A DNA stretch of 64,000 nt from positions 64,001-128,000 of the forward strand of contig JBGAQA010000002.1 in assembly GCA_044220955.1 (NCBI GenBank), written 5' to 3'. The translations under genes were made by a program, and so were the position numbers. This DNA is from Sandaracinaceae bacterium (GTDB taxonomy: Bacteria; Myxococcota_A; Polyangia; Polyangiales; Sandaracinaceae). Position 1 is the stretch's first letter. Each line of letters opens with the position of its first letter. Positions 25,096 through 38,900 of the stretch are shown piece by piece. A model generated the notes under the pieces. That model saw only the letters and a program-made list of their open reading frames with translations, did no database searches and had not been told where the DNA came from.

Positions 25096-26106
25096 GTGAA
25101 CGCAGACGACGAAGAACGGGACATCCAGTCGCTGCTGGCGGACGCGCGCCGCGGGAAGTGGCCGCCCGCCGTGGTGCTCGTCGGCAGCGAGACGTTCCTG
25201 ATCGAGCGCGCGGTCTCGCTCCTGCGCAAGGCCACGGTCGGCGGCGGGCCGCGCGGCTTCAACGACGACCTCTTCCACGGGACGGGGCTCTCGGGCGCCA
25301 GGGTCGCCGCCGCGGCGAGGACGCTGCCGATGATGGCGAGCGCTCGCTTCGTGCTCGTCCGTAGCGCTCACGACGCGCCGCCGGCGGAGCTGGACGCGCT
25401 CGCGGGCTACGTGGCGGAGCCCTCCCCGAGCACGTGCTTCGTGATGACCGCCGAGAAGATCGACGGCAAGACCAAGCTCGCCAAGGCCGCGAAGGCGTCG
25501 GGCGCGTGGCTCGGGGTCGAGCCGCTGAAGGGCGGTCTGCTCGAGCGCTTCGCCGTGGGCGAGGCCAAGCGTCGCGGCCACGCCTTCGATGGTCAGGCCC
25601 TCGCGGCGCTGCTGGACGCGACCGGCAACGACCTCTCGGCCATCGACGACGGCGTCGAGCGCCTCTCGCTCTACGTCGGTGAGGGCCGCCCGATCGGTCG
25701 CGATGCCGTGGAGGCGGTGGTCACGCGCGTGCGCGTCGACACCATCTGGGCACTGGTCGACGCCATCGCGTCGAAGCGCACGCGACCCGCGCTCGAGGCG
25801 TCGCTCTCCATGCTCGCCGATCGCGAGCCGCCGCTGCGCATCCTCGCGATGGTCGCGCGGCAGGTGCGGATGGTGGCCAAGATGAAGGCTGCCCTCGAGG
25901 ACGGCAAGAGCCAGGCCGACGCCGTGAAGGCCGCGGGAGCCGCGCCGTTCAAGGCGCGCGAGCTCGCCGAATCGGCGCGGAAGTTCTCCGACCAGGATCT
26001 GCGACGCGCGCTCGTGCTCCTGCGCGACGCGGACATCGCCCTCAAGGGCAGCAAGCGCGATCCCGAGATCGTGATGGAGGAGACCGTCCTCTCGCTCTGT
26101 CGTTGA
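25096..26106 (+). CDS. holA: DNA polymerase III subunit delta
   Basis: LVGSETFLI, ARTLPMM, ERLSLY, IWALVDAI, DIALKGS. Confidence 0.88.
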   Translation: MNADDEERDIQSLLADARRGKWPPAVVLVGSETFLIERAVSLLRKATVGGGPRGFNDDLFHGTGLSGARVAAAARTLPMMASARFVLVRSAHDAPPAELDALAGYVAEPSPSTCFVMTAEKIDGKTKLAKAAKASGAWLGVEPLKGGLLERFAVGEAKRRGHAFDGQALAALLDATGNDLSAIDDGVERLSLYVGEGRPIGRDAVEAVVTRVRVDTIWALVDAIASKRTRPALEASLSMLADREPPLRILAMVARQVRMVAKMKAALEDGKSQADAVKAAGAAPFKARELAESARKFSDQDLRRALVLLRDADIALKGSKRDPEIVMEETVLSLCR

Positions 26107-26121
26107 GTCGGCGACCGAGCG

Positions 26122-26910
26122 TCAGGCGGCCCGGCGCCCGGCGAGCGCCCCGAGGCCGCCGCCGATCACGCTCGCCAGCGCGACGCCCGCCACGTGAAAC
26201 GCGAGCACGTGCAGCGCGCTCTCGTCCGCGGCGCACGTGGTGAGGAGAACGCCCTGCCCCGCGAGCGCACCCGCGGCGCCGGTCGCGGCGCTCTGGAGCG
26301 CACCGAGTCGGCGCCCGGCGGAGCGCGAGAACGCCAGGATCGCCATCAGCGGGAGCGCAGCCACGACCAGCTCGACCTGCAGGCAGCCGACCGTGTGACC
26401 CGCGACGTACGGGAACTCCGTGTAGTCGAGTCGGCCGAGGAGCAAGGAGAGGCCGAGCGCGGTGCCCGTCGCCGCGATCGCGTCGCGCTCGGAGCGCATC
26501 GCGAACGAGGGGAGCAGCGCCGCGACGCCGACGGTGGTGATCGCGAGGAGCACCCGGGGGACCGAGATGGCAGGTCCGGAGAGCGAGAGCGCGACGACGA
26601 CGGACACGACGACAGCCGCAGCGACCGCGAGGCCCGCGACCGGCGAGCGGGCGGGCGCCGCTCGGGAGCGCGGCTCCGCGGCGAGCAGCGCGTGCACCCG
26701 GGCCTGGGTGCGCCGGAGCGCGTCCTGTGATGCGGGCGGCGGCGTGGCGAGCGAACCGAGGAGCGAGGCCAGCCGCGCAGCACGACGCAGCTCCGCGCCG
26801 CAGGTCGCACAGCCGGCCGCGTGCGCCTCGAACGCCGCGCGCTCGGCGTCGCCCTCGGGCATCGCCGCGAGGCCCGCGATCTCCCCGGGGGACCGGTGCG
26901 GCGCGCTCAC
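26122..26910 (-). CDS. Anti-sigma factor with a ZAS motif and NrsF-like membrane domain
   Basis: HAAGCATC (HxxxCxxC); TM helices with GC..E and C......HVLAFH. Confidence 0.75.
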   Translation of the reverse strand: MSAPHRSPGEIAGLAAMPEGDAERAAFEAHAAGCATCGAELRRAARLASLLGSLATPPPASQDALRRTQARVHALLAAEPRSRAAPARSPVAGLAVAAAVVVSVVVALSLSGPAISVPRVLLAITTVGVAALLPSFAMRSERDAIAATGTALGLSLLLGRLDYTEFPYVAGHTVGCLQVELVVAALPLMAILAFSRSAGRRLGALQSAATGAAGALAGQGVLLTTCAADESALHVLAFHVAGVALASVIGGGLGALAGRRAA

Positions 26911-27485
26911 GATGCGTCCTCCACCAGGTCTGCCAGCGCCTCGCGCAGGGTCGCGAAGGCGCGAAACGCCCGGACGCGCACGGCCACCTCCGTGAGCTTC
27001 GGCCCGTCGACGCTGAGCGCCTCGGCGATCTCCGCGAACGTGAGTCCCTCGAAGCGGTGCAGCCAGACCACGACACGCTGCGCCTCCGGCAGGCCCTCGA
27101 GCGCCTTGCGCACTCGCTCCGCCTCCTCGTTCGCCTCCGGCCAGCGATCCGGGCCCCCTGCGATCGGGAGCGTCAGCTCGCCGAGCTCCTCGTCGCTCGC
27201 CTTCTCGGCGGCCCGATAGCGGCGGCGCAGCTCGTCGATGCGCACGCGTGCAGCGATGCCGAAGAGCCAGGGCCGCACGGGAAGGGACGCGTCGTAGCTC
27301 GCGCGCGCGGCGTGGAGCTTGAGGAACGTCGTCTGCACCAGGTCGTCGGCCACCGCCCCGCTGCGGAACGAGCGCGAGAAGAACGCGTGCAGACGCGCGG
27401 CGTAGCGCGAGAAGAGCGCGTCGAAAGCGCGCGAATCCCCCGCTACGTAGCGCTGCATCAGCTCCTCGTCCGGCTCCGTCGTCAC
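26907..27485 (-). CDS. ECF RNA polymerase sigma factor
   Basis: DEELM..GD.RAF, DDLVQTTF, PWLFGIA, GLTFAEIA; coupled to the anti-sigma gene. Confidence 0.92.
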   Translation of the reverse strand: MTTEPDEELMQRYVAGDSRAFDALFSRYAARLHAFFSRSFRSGAVADDLVQTTFLKLHAARASYDASLPVRPWLFGIAARVRIDELRRRYRAAEKASDEELGELTLPIAGGPDRWPEANEEAERVRKALEGLPEAQRVVVWLHRFEGLTFAEIAEALSVDGPKLTEVAVRVRAFRAFATLREALADLVEDAS

Positions 27486-27489
27486 TCGA

Positions 27490-27515
27490 TTCGCTCGCCC
27501 GCGGCGCGACGTTAC
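27490..27515 (-). promoter_or_regulatory. Putative autoregulatory ECF promoter GTAACG-N16-CGAA
   Basis: Ends 4 nt before the sigma GTG; resembles the GTAACC-N16-CGAA consensus of Caulobacter SigF. Confidence 0.65.
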
Positions 27516-27528
27516 ACGAAGAACCGCT

Positions 27529-28263
27529 TCACGGGCGCGTCGCCGCGGCGAGCACGATCCCCGCGGCGACGGACACGTTGAGCGACTCGACGGCGCCGAC
27601 CCCGCGGACGCCAACCAGGTGCGTGAAGCGGGCGCGCACGGCCGGGCCGGGGCCTGCCGCCTCCGACCCGAGCACGATCGCGGCGCGCCTCGGGTAGCGA
27701 AACGCGCGCGCATCGTCGGCAGCCCGAGCGTCCGTCCCGACGACGGCGACCGCTCGGTCGGCCAGCGCGCCGAGCACGCCCGGCAGGTCGACGACCCGGG
27801 CGAGCGCGACATGCTCGGCGCCGCCCTCGGCGATCCGGATCGCGCCCGGAGGGAAGGGTTGCTCGGTGCGCCCGTGGACGACGAGGCCTTCGCAGCCGAG
27901 GAAGGCGGCGGTCCTCAGGATCGCGCCCACGTTGTGCGGATTCTCGACGCCGTCGAGCACGACCAACCGTAGCGGGCCGCGGTCGGGGCCGAAGCGCGCC
28001 ACCACCCCCTCGTCGTCGAGGATCTCGCGCTCGATCGCCTCGAGCACGATGCCCTCGTGGTGCTCCGAGCCGGCGATCGCCCGAAGCTCGTGATCGGGCT
28101 TTTCCGCGTACGCGACCCGGCGCGCCGCGGCCTCGCGCAGGTGAGGCCCGAGCGCGGGGCCGACCTCCGCGTGATAAGCGATGCGCCGCACGTCGTGCGG
28201 GCGCACCCGCAGCACCGCCAGGGCCGCCTCGAGCCCGTAGGTCCGCTCGCGCCGCTCGATCAT
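27529..28263 (-). CDS. TrmH/SpoU-family RNA methyltransferase
   Basis: ENPHNVGAILRTA, LGSE, ESLNVSVAAG. Confidence 0.92.
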   Translation of the reverse strand: MIERRERTYGLEAALAVLRVRPHDVRRIAYHAEVGPALGPHLREAAARRVAYAEKPDHELRAIAGSEHHEGIVLEAIEREILDDEGVVARFGPDRGPLRLVVLDGVENPHNVGAILRTAAFLGCEGLVVHGRTEQPFPPGAIRIAEGGAEHVALARVVDLPGVLGALADRAVAVVGTDARAADDARAFRYPRRAAIVLGSEAAGPGPAVRARFTHLVGVRGVGAVESLNVSVAAGIVLAAATRP

Positions 28264-29024
28264 CCGATGCTCTGCCGCGGCTGCCGCATCACCGCGCGCG
28301 CGATGTGGAGGAAGGGCGCGAGGCGGGGGTCGGGCGAGTCCCAGAGCGCCCCGGGGGCGCCCTCGATCGCGACCTTGCCCTCGGAGAGGAAGAGCACGCG
28401 GTCGGCGACGCCGAACACCGTCTCCATCTGGTGCGTGATGACGATCGTGGTGATCCCCAGCTGCCGCCGCAGCCCCGCGAGCAGACGGTTCACGCGACCG
28501 ACGTTGATGGGGTCGAGGCCCTCGGTCGGACCGTCGTAGAAGAGCACCTCGGGCCGCATCGCGATGGCCCGCGCGAGCGCGACGCGCTTGCGCATCCCCC
28601 CCGAGAGATCCTGCGGCCACATGGCCTCGATGCCCGGCAGGGCGACCAGGGCGAGCGACTCGGCGACGCGCTTCACGATGCCCGGCTCGTCGAGCAAGCG
28701 CTGCTCGCGCAGGCCATAGGCGACGTTGTCGAAGACGCTCATCGAGTCGAAGAGGCCGGAGCTCTGGAGCAGCACGCCGACGCGCTTGCGCACGGGCACC
28801 CACTCGCGCTCCTTGAGGTGCGTGACGTCGCGCCCGTCGAAGACGAGCTGGCCGGCGTCCGCGTGCACGAGGCCGAGCATCGTCTTGACCAGCAGGCTCT
28901 TGCCCGCCCCCGACTCCCCGACGATGGTCAGGAACTCGCCCTTGTGGACGACGAGGTCGACGCCGTCGAGCACGCGGTGGGTGCCGAACGCCTTGGTCAG
29001 TCCGCGAACCTCGTACAAGGCCAC
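28260..29024 (-). CDS. MlaF/Ttg2A-like ABC ATP-binding protein with a degenerate Walker B
   Basis: GESGAGKS, GLFDSMSVFDNV, LSGGMRKRV, YDGPTEGLDP, ITH. Confidence 0.88.
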   Translation of the reverse strand: MALYEVRGLTKAFGTHRVLDGVDLVVHKGEFLTIVGESGAGKSLLVKTMLGLVHADAGQLVFDGRDVTHLKEREWVPVRKRVGVLLQSSGLFDSMSVFDNVAYGLREQRLLDEPGIVKRVAESLALVALPGIEAMWPQDLSGGMRKRVALARAIAMRPEVLFYDGPTEGLDPINVGRVNRLLAGLRRQLGITTIVITHQMETVFGVADRVLFLSEGKVAIEGAPGALWDSPDPRLAPFLHIARAVMRQPRQSIG

Positions 29025-29040
29025 GCCCGGCGCTCCTCGC

Positions 29041-29733
29041 TCAGGTCTCGCCCCGGCGCCGCCTCTGCTCTTCTTCTTCGATCGTGCGCATCGAGGGCAC
29101 GCCACGCGGCCGGTCGACGACGACGCGGCCCTTGCCCTGTCCGACGAGCGGCAGCTCGCGGCGCCCCATCGCGACGAGCGCCGCGGCGGCGTTGTCGACC
29201 GGCATCTCCAGCTGGAGCTGACCCTTGACCACGCGCGCCCGGCCGCCGCCGCCCTCGATCACGAGCGCGGCCTCCGCGCGGAGCCAGACCGCGATGCTCG
29301 CGTCGCTGAGCTTGTCGTTGAGCCCGAGCCGGGCCTTGCCAGCCTTCGCGAGCGCGTCCGCCCGGTCGATCGCGATCCCCAGCACCGACTCGGCCAGCGC
29401 GTCGAAGGACACGATCGCGTTCGCGCGCCAGAGCCCGATCAGCTTCGCCTCGGCGAGCTCGCCCGCGAGCGCGACGTCGTCGCCCGACGCGAGCGCGGCC
29501 TTCATCCGGGCGGCGCGCACCTCGAAGACCGCCCGCGCGTCGGCGTTCTTGACGCCGGGCAGGAGCGCGACGGGGCGCGGGTCGTCGAGGCGGCCGCGCT
29601 GCTCGTGGCGCCGCCAGATGGCGTCCGGATCGCCCGCCGCGAACGCCTCGAGCTGGGGCGTCAGCGCCTTGCGCTCCGCCTTCGGCCGACGGACCACACG
29701 CTCGGGCTCGGGCTTCGGGGCTCGCTTGGGCAT
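29041..29733 (-). CDS. Hypothetical protein
   Basis: MPKRAPK... ORF with typical codon usage that fills the gap in this operon. Confidence 0.7.
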   Translation of the reverse strand: MPKRAPKPEPERVVRRPKAERKALTPQLEAFAAGDPDAIWRRHEQRGRLDDPRPVALLPGVKNADARAVFEVRAARMKAALASGDDVALAGELAEAKLIGLWRANAIVSFDALAESVLGIAIDRADALAKAGKARLGLNDKLSDASIAVWLRAEAALVIEGGGGRARVVKGQLQLEMPVDNAAAALVAMGRRELPLVGQGKGRVVVDRPRGVPSMRTIEEEEQRRRRGET

Positions 29734-29816
29734 GGGCGCGGTTATCGCACTTCGCGCGCCCGGCGCCACGCCCGCGGCGTCCCCGGGAGCAGCGAGATGG
29801 AGATGGCGACAACGCG

Positions 29817-32293
<2,477 letters not shown>

Positions 32294-32297
<4 letters not shown>

Positions 32298-35200
32298 CGC
32301 GAGCCTCCGCGACGCTGACGGCGGCGGGCGAGCACGCCCGCGATCACGAGGCCCGCCAGCAGCGCCCGGAGGGTGCTGCCCTGGTCCTCACGCGCCACGC
32401 CCACGCTGCAGAGCGGTCCGCCGCTCGCGAGCACGCGGTGCCGATCGTCGGTCGTGTGACCGCCGCCCGCGTCGCTGCCGCCGCCCATGCCCGAGTCCAC
32501 GCCGGGCATCGGGCCTGCGTCCGCGTTCGTGCCGCCGTCGGTTCCGCTCGAGCGCACGCACTCGCCCGCGCGACACTCGGTCATCGACGGGCAGCGCAGC
32601 CCGACGCACGGATCACCGTGACAGGTGCCCGTGACCGGGTCGCAGGTCTGCCCGCCGGAGCAGGTGACCGCGCCGCAGAGGTTGCTCGTGCACGTGCCGT
32701 CCGCCGGATCGCAGACCTGGCCGGTCGGGCACGAGACGCCCATGCACTCGTCGGTGGAGCACACGCCCGCGTGGCAGACCTGCGTCGCGGTGCACGTCGC
32801 CGACGCGCAGGTCGGCTCGCACGTCCCGCCGCGGCAGGCCTGCGTGCTCGTGCACGTGACCGTCGCGCACGGGTCGGGCTCGCACGCGCCGGTGGTCGTG
32901 TTGCAGAGCTCATCCGTGGGGCAGCCCAGCGCGCGGCACGAGTTCTCCACGCACGCGCCGGTGCGAGGGTCACAGGTGAGCGCGCCCGTGCAGGTGACGC
33001 CCTCGCAGGCGAACGTGCAGGCGTTGTTGCGACAGACGCAGGGGCCGACGTTGTCGGTGCCCGGCGTCGGCGCGCAGGTGACGTTGCCCGACGTGTCCAT
33101 GAGCGTCTGGCCGCCGCAGGTCGCGGCGTCGCAGCGCGGCTCCACGCAGCTGCACGTGCCGTCGTGCATGAACGGCGTGAAGCCGACCGGGCAGTGGCTG
33201 CCCAGCTCGTCGATCGAGCAGGCGGACGCGCACTGGCACATCACGCACGCCGAGCCCGTCGGGCAGAGCATCCCGCCGGTCGGCGGGTTGTCGACGGTGC
33301 CGTCGCAGTCGTTGTCGTTGCAGTCGCAGACCTCGCCGCCGGGCGGGATCTCGCCGACGCACATGATGGCGCCGCCGACGCACTGCATGGTGCCCGCCAT
33401 GCACTCGCCGGTGTCCGTGCCGCAGGGACCGCCGCCGCCGACGTCCTCGTCGATGGCACCGTCGCAGTCGTTGTCGAGCGTGTCGCACACCTCGCTCACG
33501 CCCGAGATGCCGCCCTGGCAGACCAGCGTGCCGGTCGCCGGGTCGCACACGAACACGCCCGGCATGCACTCGCCGAGCGAGCTGCCGCAGGGCGCGCCGA
33601 CCGGGATACCGTCGTCGACGACGCCGTTGCAGTCGTCGTCGATCGCGTTGCAGACCTCGGGCGTCGGGCCGACCGCGCCCACGCAGCTGAGCACCCCGCC
33701 CATGCACTGGGTCGTGCCGGACATGCACGCGCCCGTGTCGTCACCGCACATCGCGCCGCCCTCGGGGTTGCCCTCGTCGATGGTGCCGTTGCAGTTGTTG
33801 TCGAGGTTGTCGCAGATCTCGGGGCGCGGATCGACGCGCCCCACGCACATGAACGAGCCGCCCATGCAGATCAGGTTGCCGGGGTCGCAGACGCCCATGG
33901 TGCTACCGCCCGGGCACGCGCCCATCGAGGGGATACCGTCGTCGATGGAGCCGTCACAGTCGTCGTCGATCCCGTTGCAGGTCTCGGCGCTTCCGCTCGA
34001 GCCGCCGGTGCACATCAGCGCGCCGGCCATGCAGTGGTAGACGCCGGGCGTGCAGACGCCGATGGAGCTGCCGCAGGTGCCGCCGCCGCCCGGGTCCCCC
34101 TCGTCGGTCATGCCGTTGCAGTTGTTGTCGACGTTGTCGCAGCGCTCGGGGGTCGGGCCGACGGCACCGACGCAGGGACCGAGCATGCCCATCGTGCAGA
34201 TCTGCGAGCCGGGCCGGCACGCGCCGACGCTCGAGCCGCACGCCTGGACCTGACCGTCGATCGATCCGTCGCAGTCGTTGTCGAGGCCGTCGCAGATCTC
34301 CGGCGTGGGCCCGATGCCGGTGCACGCGCCCCACATGCCGGCCGTGCAGGTCTGCATGCCGCTCGTGCAGACGCCGACCATCACGCCGCAGGGGCGCGTG
34401 ATGTTGTCGATGGTGCCGTCACAGTCGTTGTCGAGGTTGTCGCAGATCTCGACGCTGGGGATGCAGCCCCCGCAGACCCCCTCGTCGATCGCCATGTCGC
34501 AGTCATTGTCGATGAGGTCGCAGATCTCGAGCGGCGCCGGGCCGCACGTACCGCATGCGTTGCGCAGGCCCTCGTCGACCTGGCCGTTGCAGTTGTTGTC
34601 GATGCTGTCGCAGAGCGTCTCGGCAGGCGCCATGCACAGATCCCGCGCCGGGTGGCTGGGGAGGTCACAGTAGAGCGTGAAGCCCTCGTCGACGAGCGTG
34701 TCGCAGTCGTCGTCCAGGCCGTTGCACGTCTCGATGAGGATCGCGCCCGCGACGATCTGCGAGAACGCCAGGGCGAGGGACGTCTCGTCCGCCGCGTAGA
34801 ACCCGCGGTTGGCGCCGGGAGCGTCCGTGTGACCCGCGGCGGCGAACGCCTCGATGTACGCGTCGGGACCGGCCATGCCGAAGCCGATCCAGTACGAGGG
34901 GATGTTCCGCGTCGCGCCGCCGACCGTGGAGTTCCAGAGCTCGTTGATCGCCGTCGTCGTGGCGGCGTCCGAGGCGCAGGTCTCCTCGCCGTCCGTGAGG
35001 AAGATGAGCGCCACCGGACGGCAGAGATCGGTCGAGGTGTTGCCGATCGGGCTGCGGACGCGGCACACGCCCGGTCCCGCCACCCACCCGCAGTTGTTGG
35101 TCGTGTCCGCGTTGCAGGTGGCCATCGTGGTGCGCGAGGCGCAGACGTCACCCGCGACGACGGTGAAGAGGCCCGTCCCCTCGAAGTAGCTTCGCGCGCC

Positions 35201-35722
35201 GCGCACCGTGCCGGCGATCGGCGTCCACGTGTCGGCGCGCAGCTCCGGGTTGCCCGTCAGCGAGTCGAAGCCGGTCCCGCAGGTGAAGTCGGCCCAGCGC
35301 ACCACGGAGCTCGAGCCCTGGGCGACGATCGGCGAGAGCAGCTGGCCCTGCACGGCCGTCGAGCCGGCGGCCGGACAGCCCGCGCCGCTGTTCGCGCAGC
35401 CGCTACAGTTGAGGGCCGTCACGGTCGGCGCGCCGCACGTCCCGGTGACGGTCTCGTTGTAGCGCATGAGGCCGAATTGCACGTCGCCGTAGGCGTTGAC
35501 GACCTGCTGCATGACGCAGCGAGCATCGTTGATCCGGGTGTGCGTCTGGCCGCACGAGTTCATGCCCGATCCGGTCGATGCGCTCATCGAGCCCGAGTTG
35601 TCGACGACCACCAGGAAGTATGGGGCGATGGCGGTAGCCTGGGCCTGAACGCTCGCGGGAGCGGCGAAGCACAGGGCGACGAGGAACGGCCCGACCAACT
35701 TGGCGGCAGCGCGGTAAGACAT
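32294..35722 (-). CDS. vWA + MopE-related Cys-rich surface protein with a MYXO-CTERM-like tail
   Basis: Signal peptide; VDNSGS MIDAS, LTDG; 11 Cys/Asp repeats; C-terminal CSV..hydrophobic helix..RRRQRR. Confidence 0.88.
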
Positions 35723-35900
35723 GGGTGAAACCTCCGGCGAACGCGGAAACCTACGTTAACACGAGTCGGTCCCGCCCGCGTGAGGAAACGCGGCTGCCCC
35801 ACCCATGGGCGGGAATACTCCGACGGGGCCGGCACGGCCGGGATCCGGCGCACTTCGGCGGTCCCTGCTAGCCTGGCGGGTCGGCCCGACGGGGCCTCCC

Positions 35901-38900
35901 ATGGGAATCGAGCGCTCGCTACGAAGATGGCGCAGGTGGGCCGCGGTGCTGGCGGTCTTCGCGATCGGCATACCTCTTCTCTCCGCGGCGCTCATCCGGT
36001 CCAGCGGAGCCTCCGGCCGGGTGCGGGAGCTGGCGATCCGGGCGATCCACGACGAGCTCGGCCTGGGCGCGACCCTCGGGGCGGTCCAGATCCAGCTCGT
36101 CCCCTTCGGGATCGTCGCGAACGACATCGCGCTCGACGACCCGGTCTACGGCCGCCTCGCGGACGCGGACTCACTCACGATCCGCCCGTCGATCCTGGCG
36201 CTTCTCCGCGGGCGGCTCGACATCGCCTCGATCGAGCTCGATCGGGCGAGCGTGAGGCTCGTCGTGGCCGAGGGCGAGATCCGCAACCTGCCGCGCATCG
36301 ACACCGGCGACGGAGGCGAGGGCGAGATCACGCTGCCCTTCCACCGCTTCGAGATCCGCGACTCGGTGCTGGTGGTGGACGGCGACCCCGACTTCGAGGC
36401 GGAGCTGAGGGGGGTGAGCGCGGAGGTCACGGGCGAGGCCGACCACGTGATCGCCGTCCACGCGGGAGCGACGTCCGGCTTCGTCCAGCACGGGCAGACC
36501 CGCGACGAGCTCACCACGCTGAGCGCCGTCCTGGAGGTGGCGCGCGACCACGTGCACGTGGCCGACGCGTCGCTCGCGATCGGGCCGCTCGCGATCGCCG
36601 CGCACGAGGCCCACATCCCGCTCCCCTTCCCGGAGGATCCACACGCGATCGTGGGGCTCGAGGGGGAGGTCTCGGTGGACTACGACGTGGCCCACCTGCG
36701 GACGATCGCCCTGCCCTTCACGCTTCCACGCTTCGCGGGGATCGTGCACGTGCACGCGAGCGTGGTGGAGGACGCCGGCGAGCACGCCGACGTCACGATC
36801 GACGTGGAGAACGGCCGCATCGAGCAGTTCGGCCTCGGCGATCACGTCCACCTCGTGGCCGACGTCACGCCCGATCGCGTGGAGATCACCGAGGGTCTGG
36901 TGGACGTGCAGGGGGCCGGCGGGCACGTGGGGCTCTCGGGGACGCTCGGCCTCGGCGCTCCCTTCCGCACCGACGTCCGCGCCACGCTCGATCACCTGTC
37001 GTTCGCGCACCTCATGGATCAGTTCGAGGTCTCACCCGGCTCGATCGTCGAGTGGATCTTCGAGGGCACGCTGGATCTGCACGGCTCGCTCGCGGACCTC
37101 GACCTCGAGGGGCCGATCGACCTGCGCACGCACGACTTCACGGTCAGCGCGAACCCGTACTACGAGCGGCCGCTGCGCACGATCCTGGCGATCCCGCGCG
37201 GCCACTTCGGCGGGCGCTGGTCGATCCGCGACGACGCCGTACGCTTCAGCGACATCGTCGCCGACCTGCCGCGGAGCCGGATCTTCGGCGACGTGCTGCT
37301 CGGGTTCCACAATGCGCTCGGCGTCGAGGTGCGGGCCGAGGCCGACATGCGCGACGCTTCGCCGCTCGCCGGCTTCGAGTTCGCGGGCGTCGGAACGGCG
37401 AGCTGCCACATCGACGGCACGTTCCAGGACCCGCACGTGAGCGGGCACATCCGGCTCGCGGACTTCGAGTTCGACGGCTTCCGCCTCGGGGAGGTCGAGT
37501 CCGACGCGCTGCTCGATCCCGACGGCATGGCGGTGACGTTCCCCGAGGTCCGCGCGACCAAGCGCGACAGCCGCTACGAGATCACGTCCCTCCGCCTCGA
37601 CTTCCATCCCGGCGGGCGCCGCGATCGCTTCGAGCTGAGCGGCGACCTCCACATGGAGCGCATGACGCTCGCCGACTTCTATCACGTGTTCCACTTCGAA
37701 GACGACGAGCGCTTCACGGGCTACCAGGGCATCGCGCGCGGGGACGCACGCCTGCACTACACGCACGGATTCGACACGGACTCGCCGAACGGCACGCTCA
37801 CCGCCGAGATGCTCCTCGGCTTCGAGACCGTGTCGATCAACGGCTTCGCGTTCGAGGATGGAGCGCTCGGCGGCGCGTGGCGCTGGTACGACTGGTCGCA
37901 GGGCTACCGCGGCGGCGAGCTCGACGTCGACCACCTCGAGCTGCACAAGGGCGCGGGCGTGGTGACGGTCGCCGGTCAGATGCGCCAGGGCGGGAGCCTG
38001 CGCATGTTCGCGTCGGCCGATCGGCTCGCGCTGCGCGACCTCGAGGGCATCGGCGACACGATCGAGGGCCTCGACGGGATCGCCGAGGCGACGGCGGACA
38101 TCGGCGGCACCGCGGAGCGCATGCGCGTCGACCTCGACGCGAGCCTCACGAACGTGGTGTACGCAGGGCGGACGGTGGGCGATGCGCGCGCCTACGTGCG
38201 CATGACCCACGACGCCGACCCCTGGATCACGGACGCGCTCACCTGGACCACGCGCGAGGACGGAACCGTCGAGATCCCCGAGGGCGAGGCCTGCCCGCTG
38301 GCGCGTCTGGGCCTCGCACGCGCGACCTGGCGCCCCGACCCGCCGCTGCACACGGTCGACGGCCTGCAGCCCTCGAGCAACGGCCCGAGCGCGTTCCTGA
38401 TCTGCGGCCGCGGCCTCGACGGGCAGCTCGACGTCGATCTCGCCGTGGGCCGCACGCGCGAGCTGCCCCTGCGCGGCCGCGTCACGATCGCCGGCTTCGA
38501 CGTGACGCCTTACTTCCCGAGCAGCGGCGAGGCCGGGACGGAAGAGCTCGCCGCGGCGACGGGGCAGCTGGGGGGGCGCGTGTCGGCCGAGGTCGTGCTC
38601 ACCGGCGGCGGCATGCACGACCTCGAGGGGCTCGGCGGACGTCTGACGGTCCCCGAGGTGGAGATCCGGCGCGGGGATCTCGCGTTCCGGAACAGCGCGC
38701 CGATCCGCGTGCGGATCGAGGACGGCGTCGCCCACATCGAGCGCGCCCGCATCCGCGGCCCGGGATCGATCGTGCGCGCGACGGGCACGGTCGGCGTGCG
38801 CGAGGGCCTGGGCCTGCAGCTCGACGCGGAGATCGATCTCGGCATCGCCACGCAGCTGACGCGAGCGCTCGACGCCGCGAGCGGGACGGCGAGCATGCAC

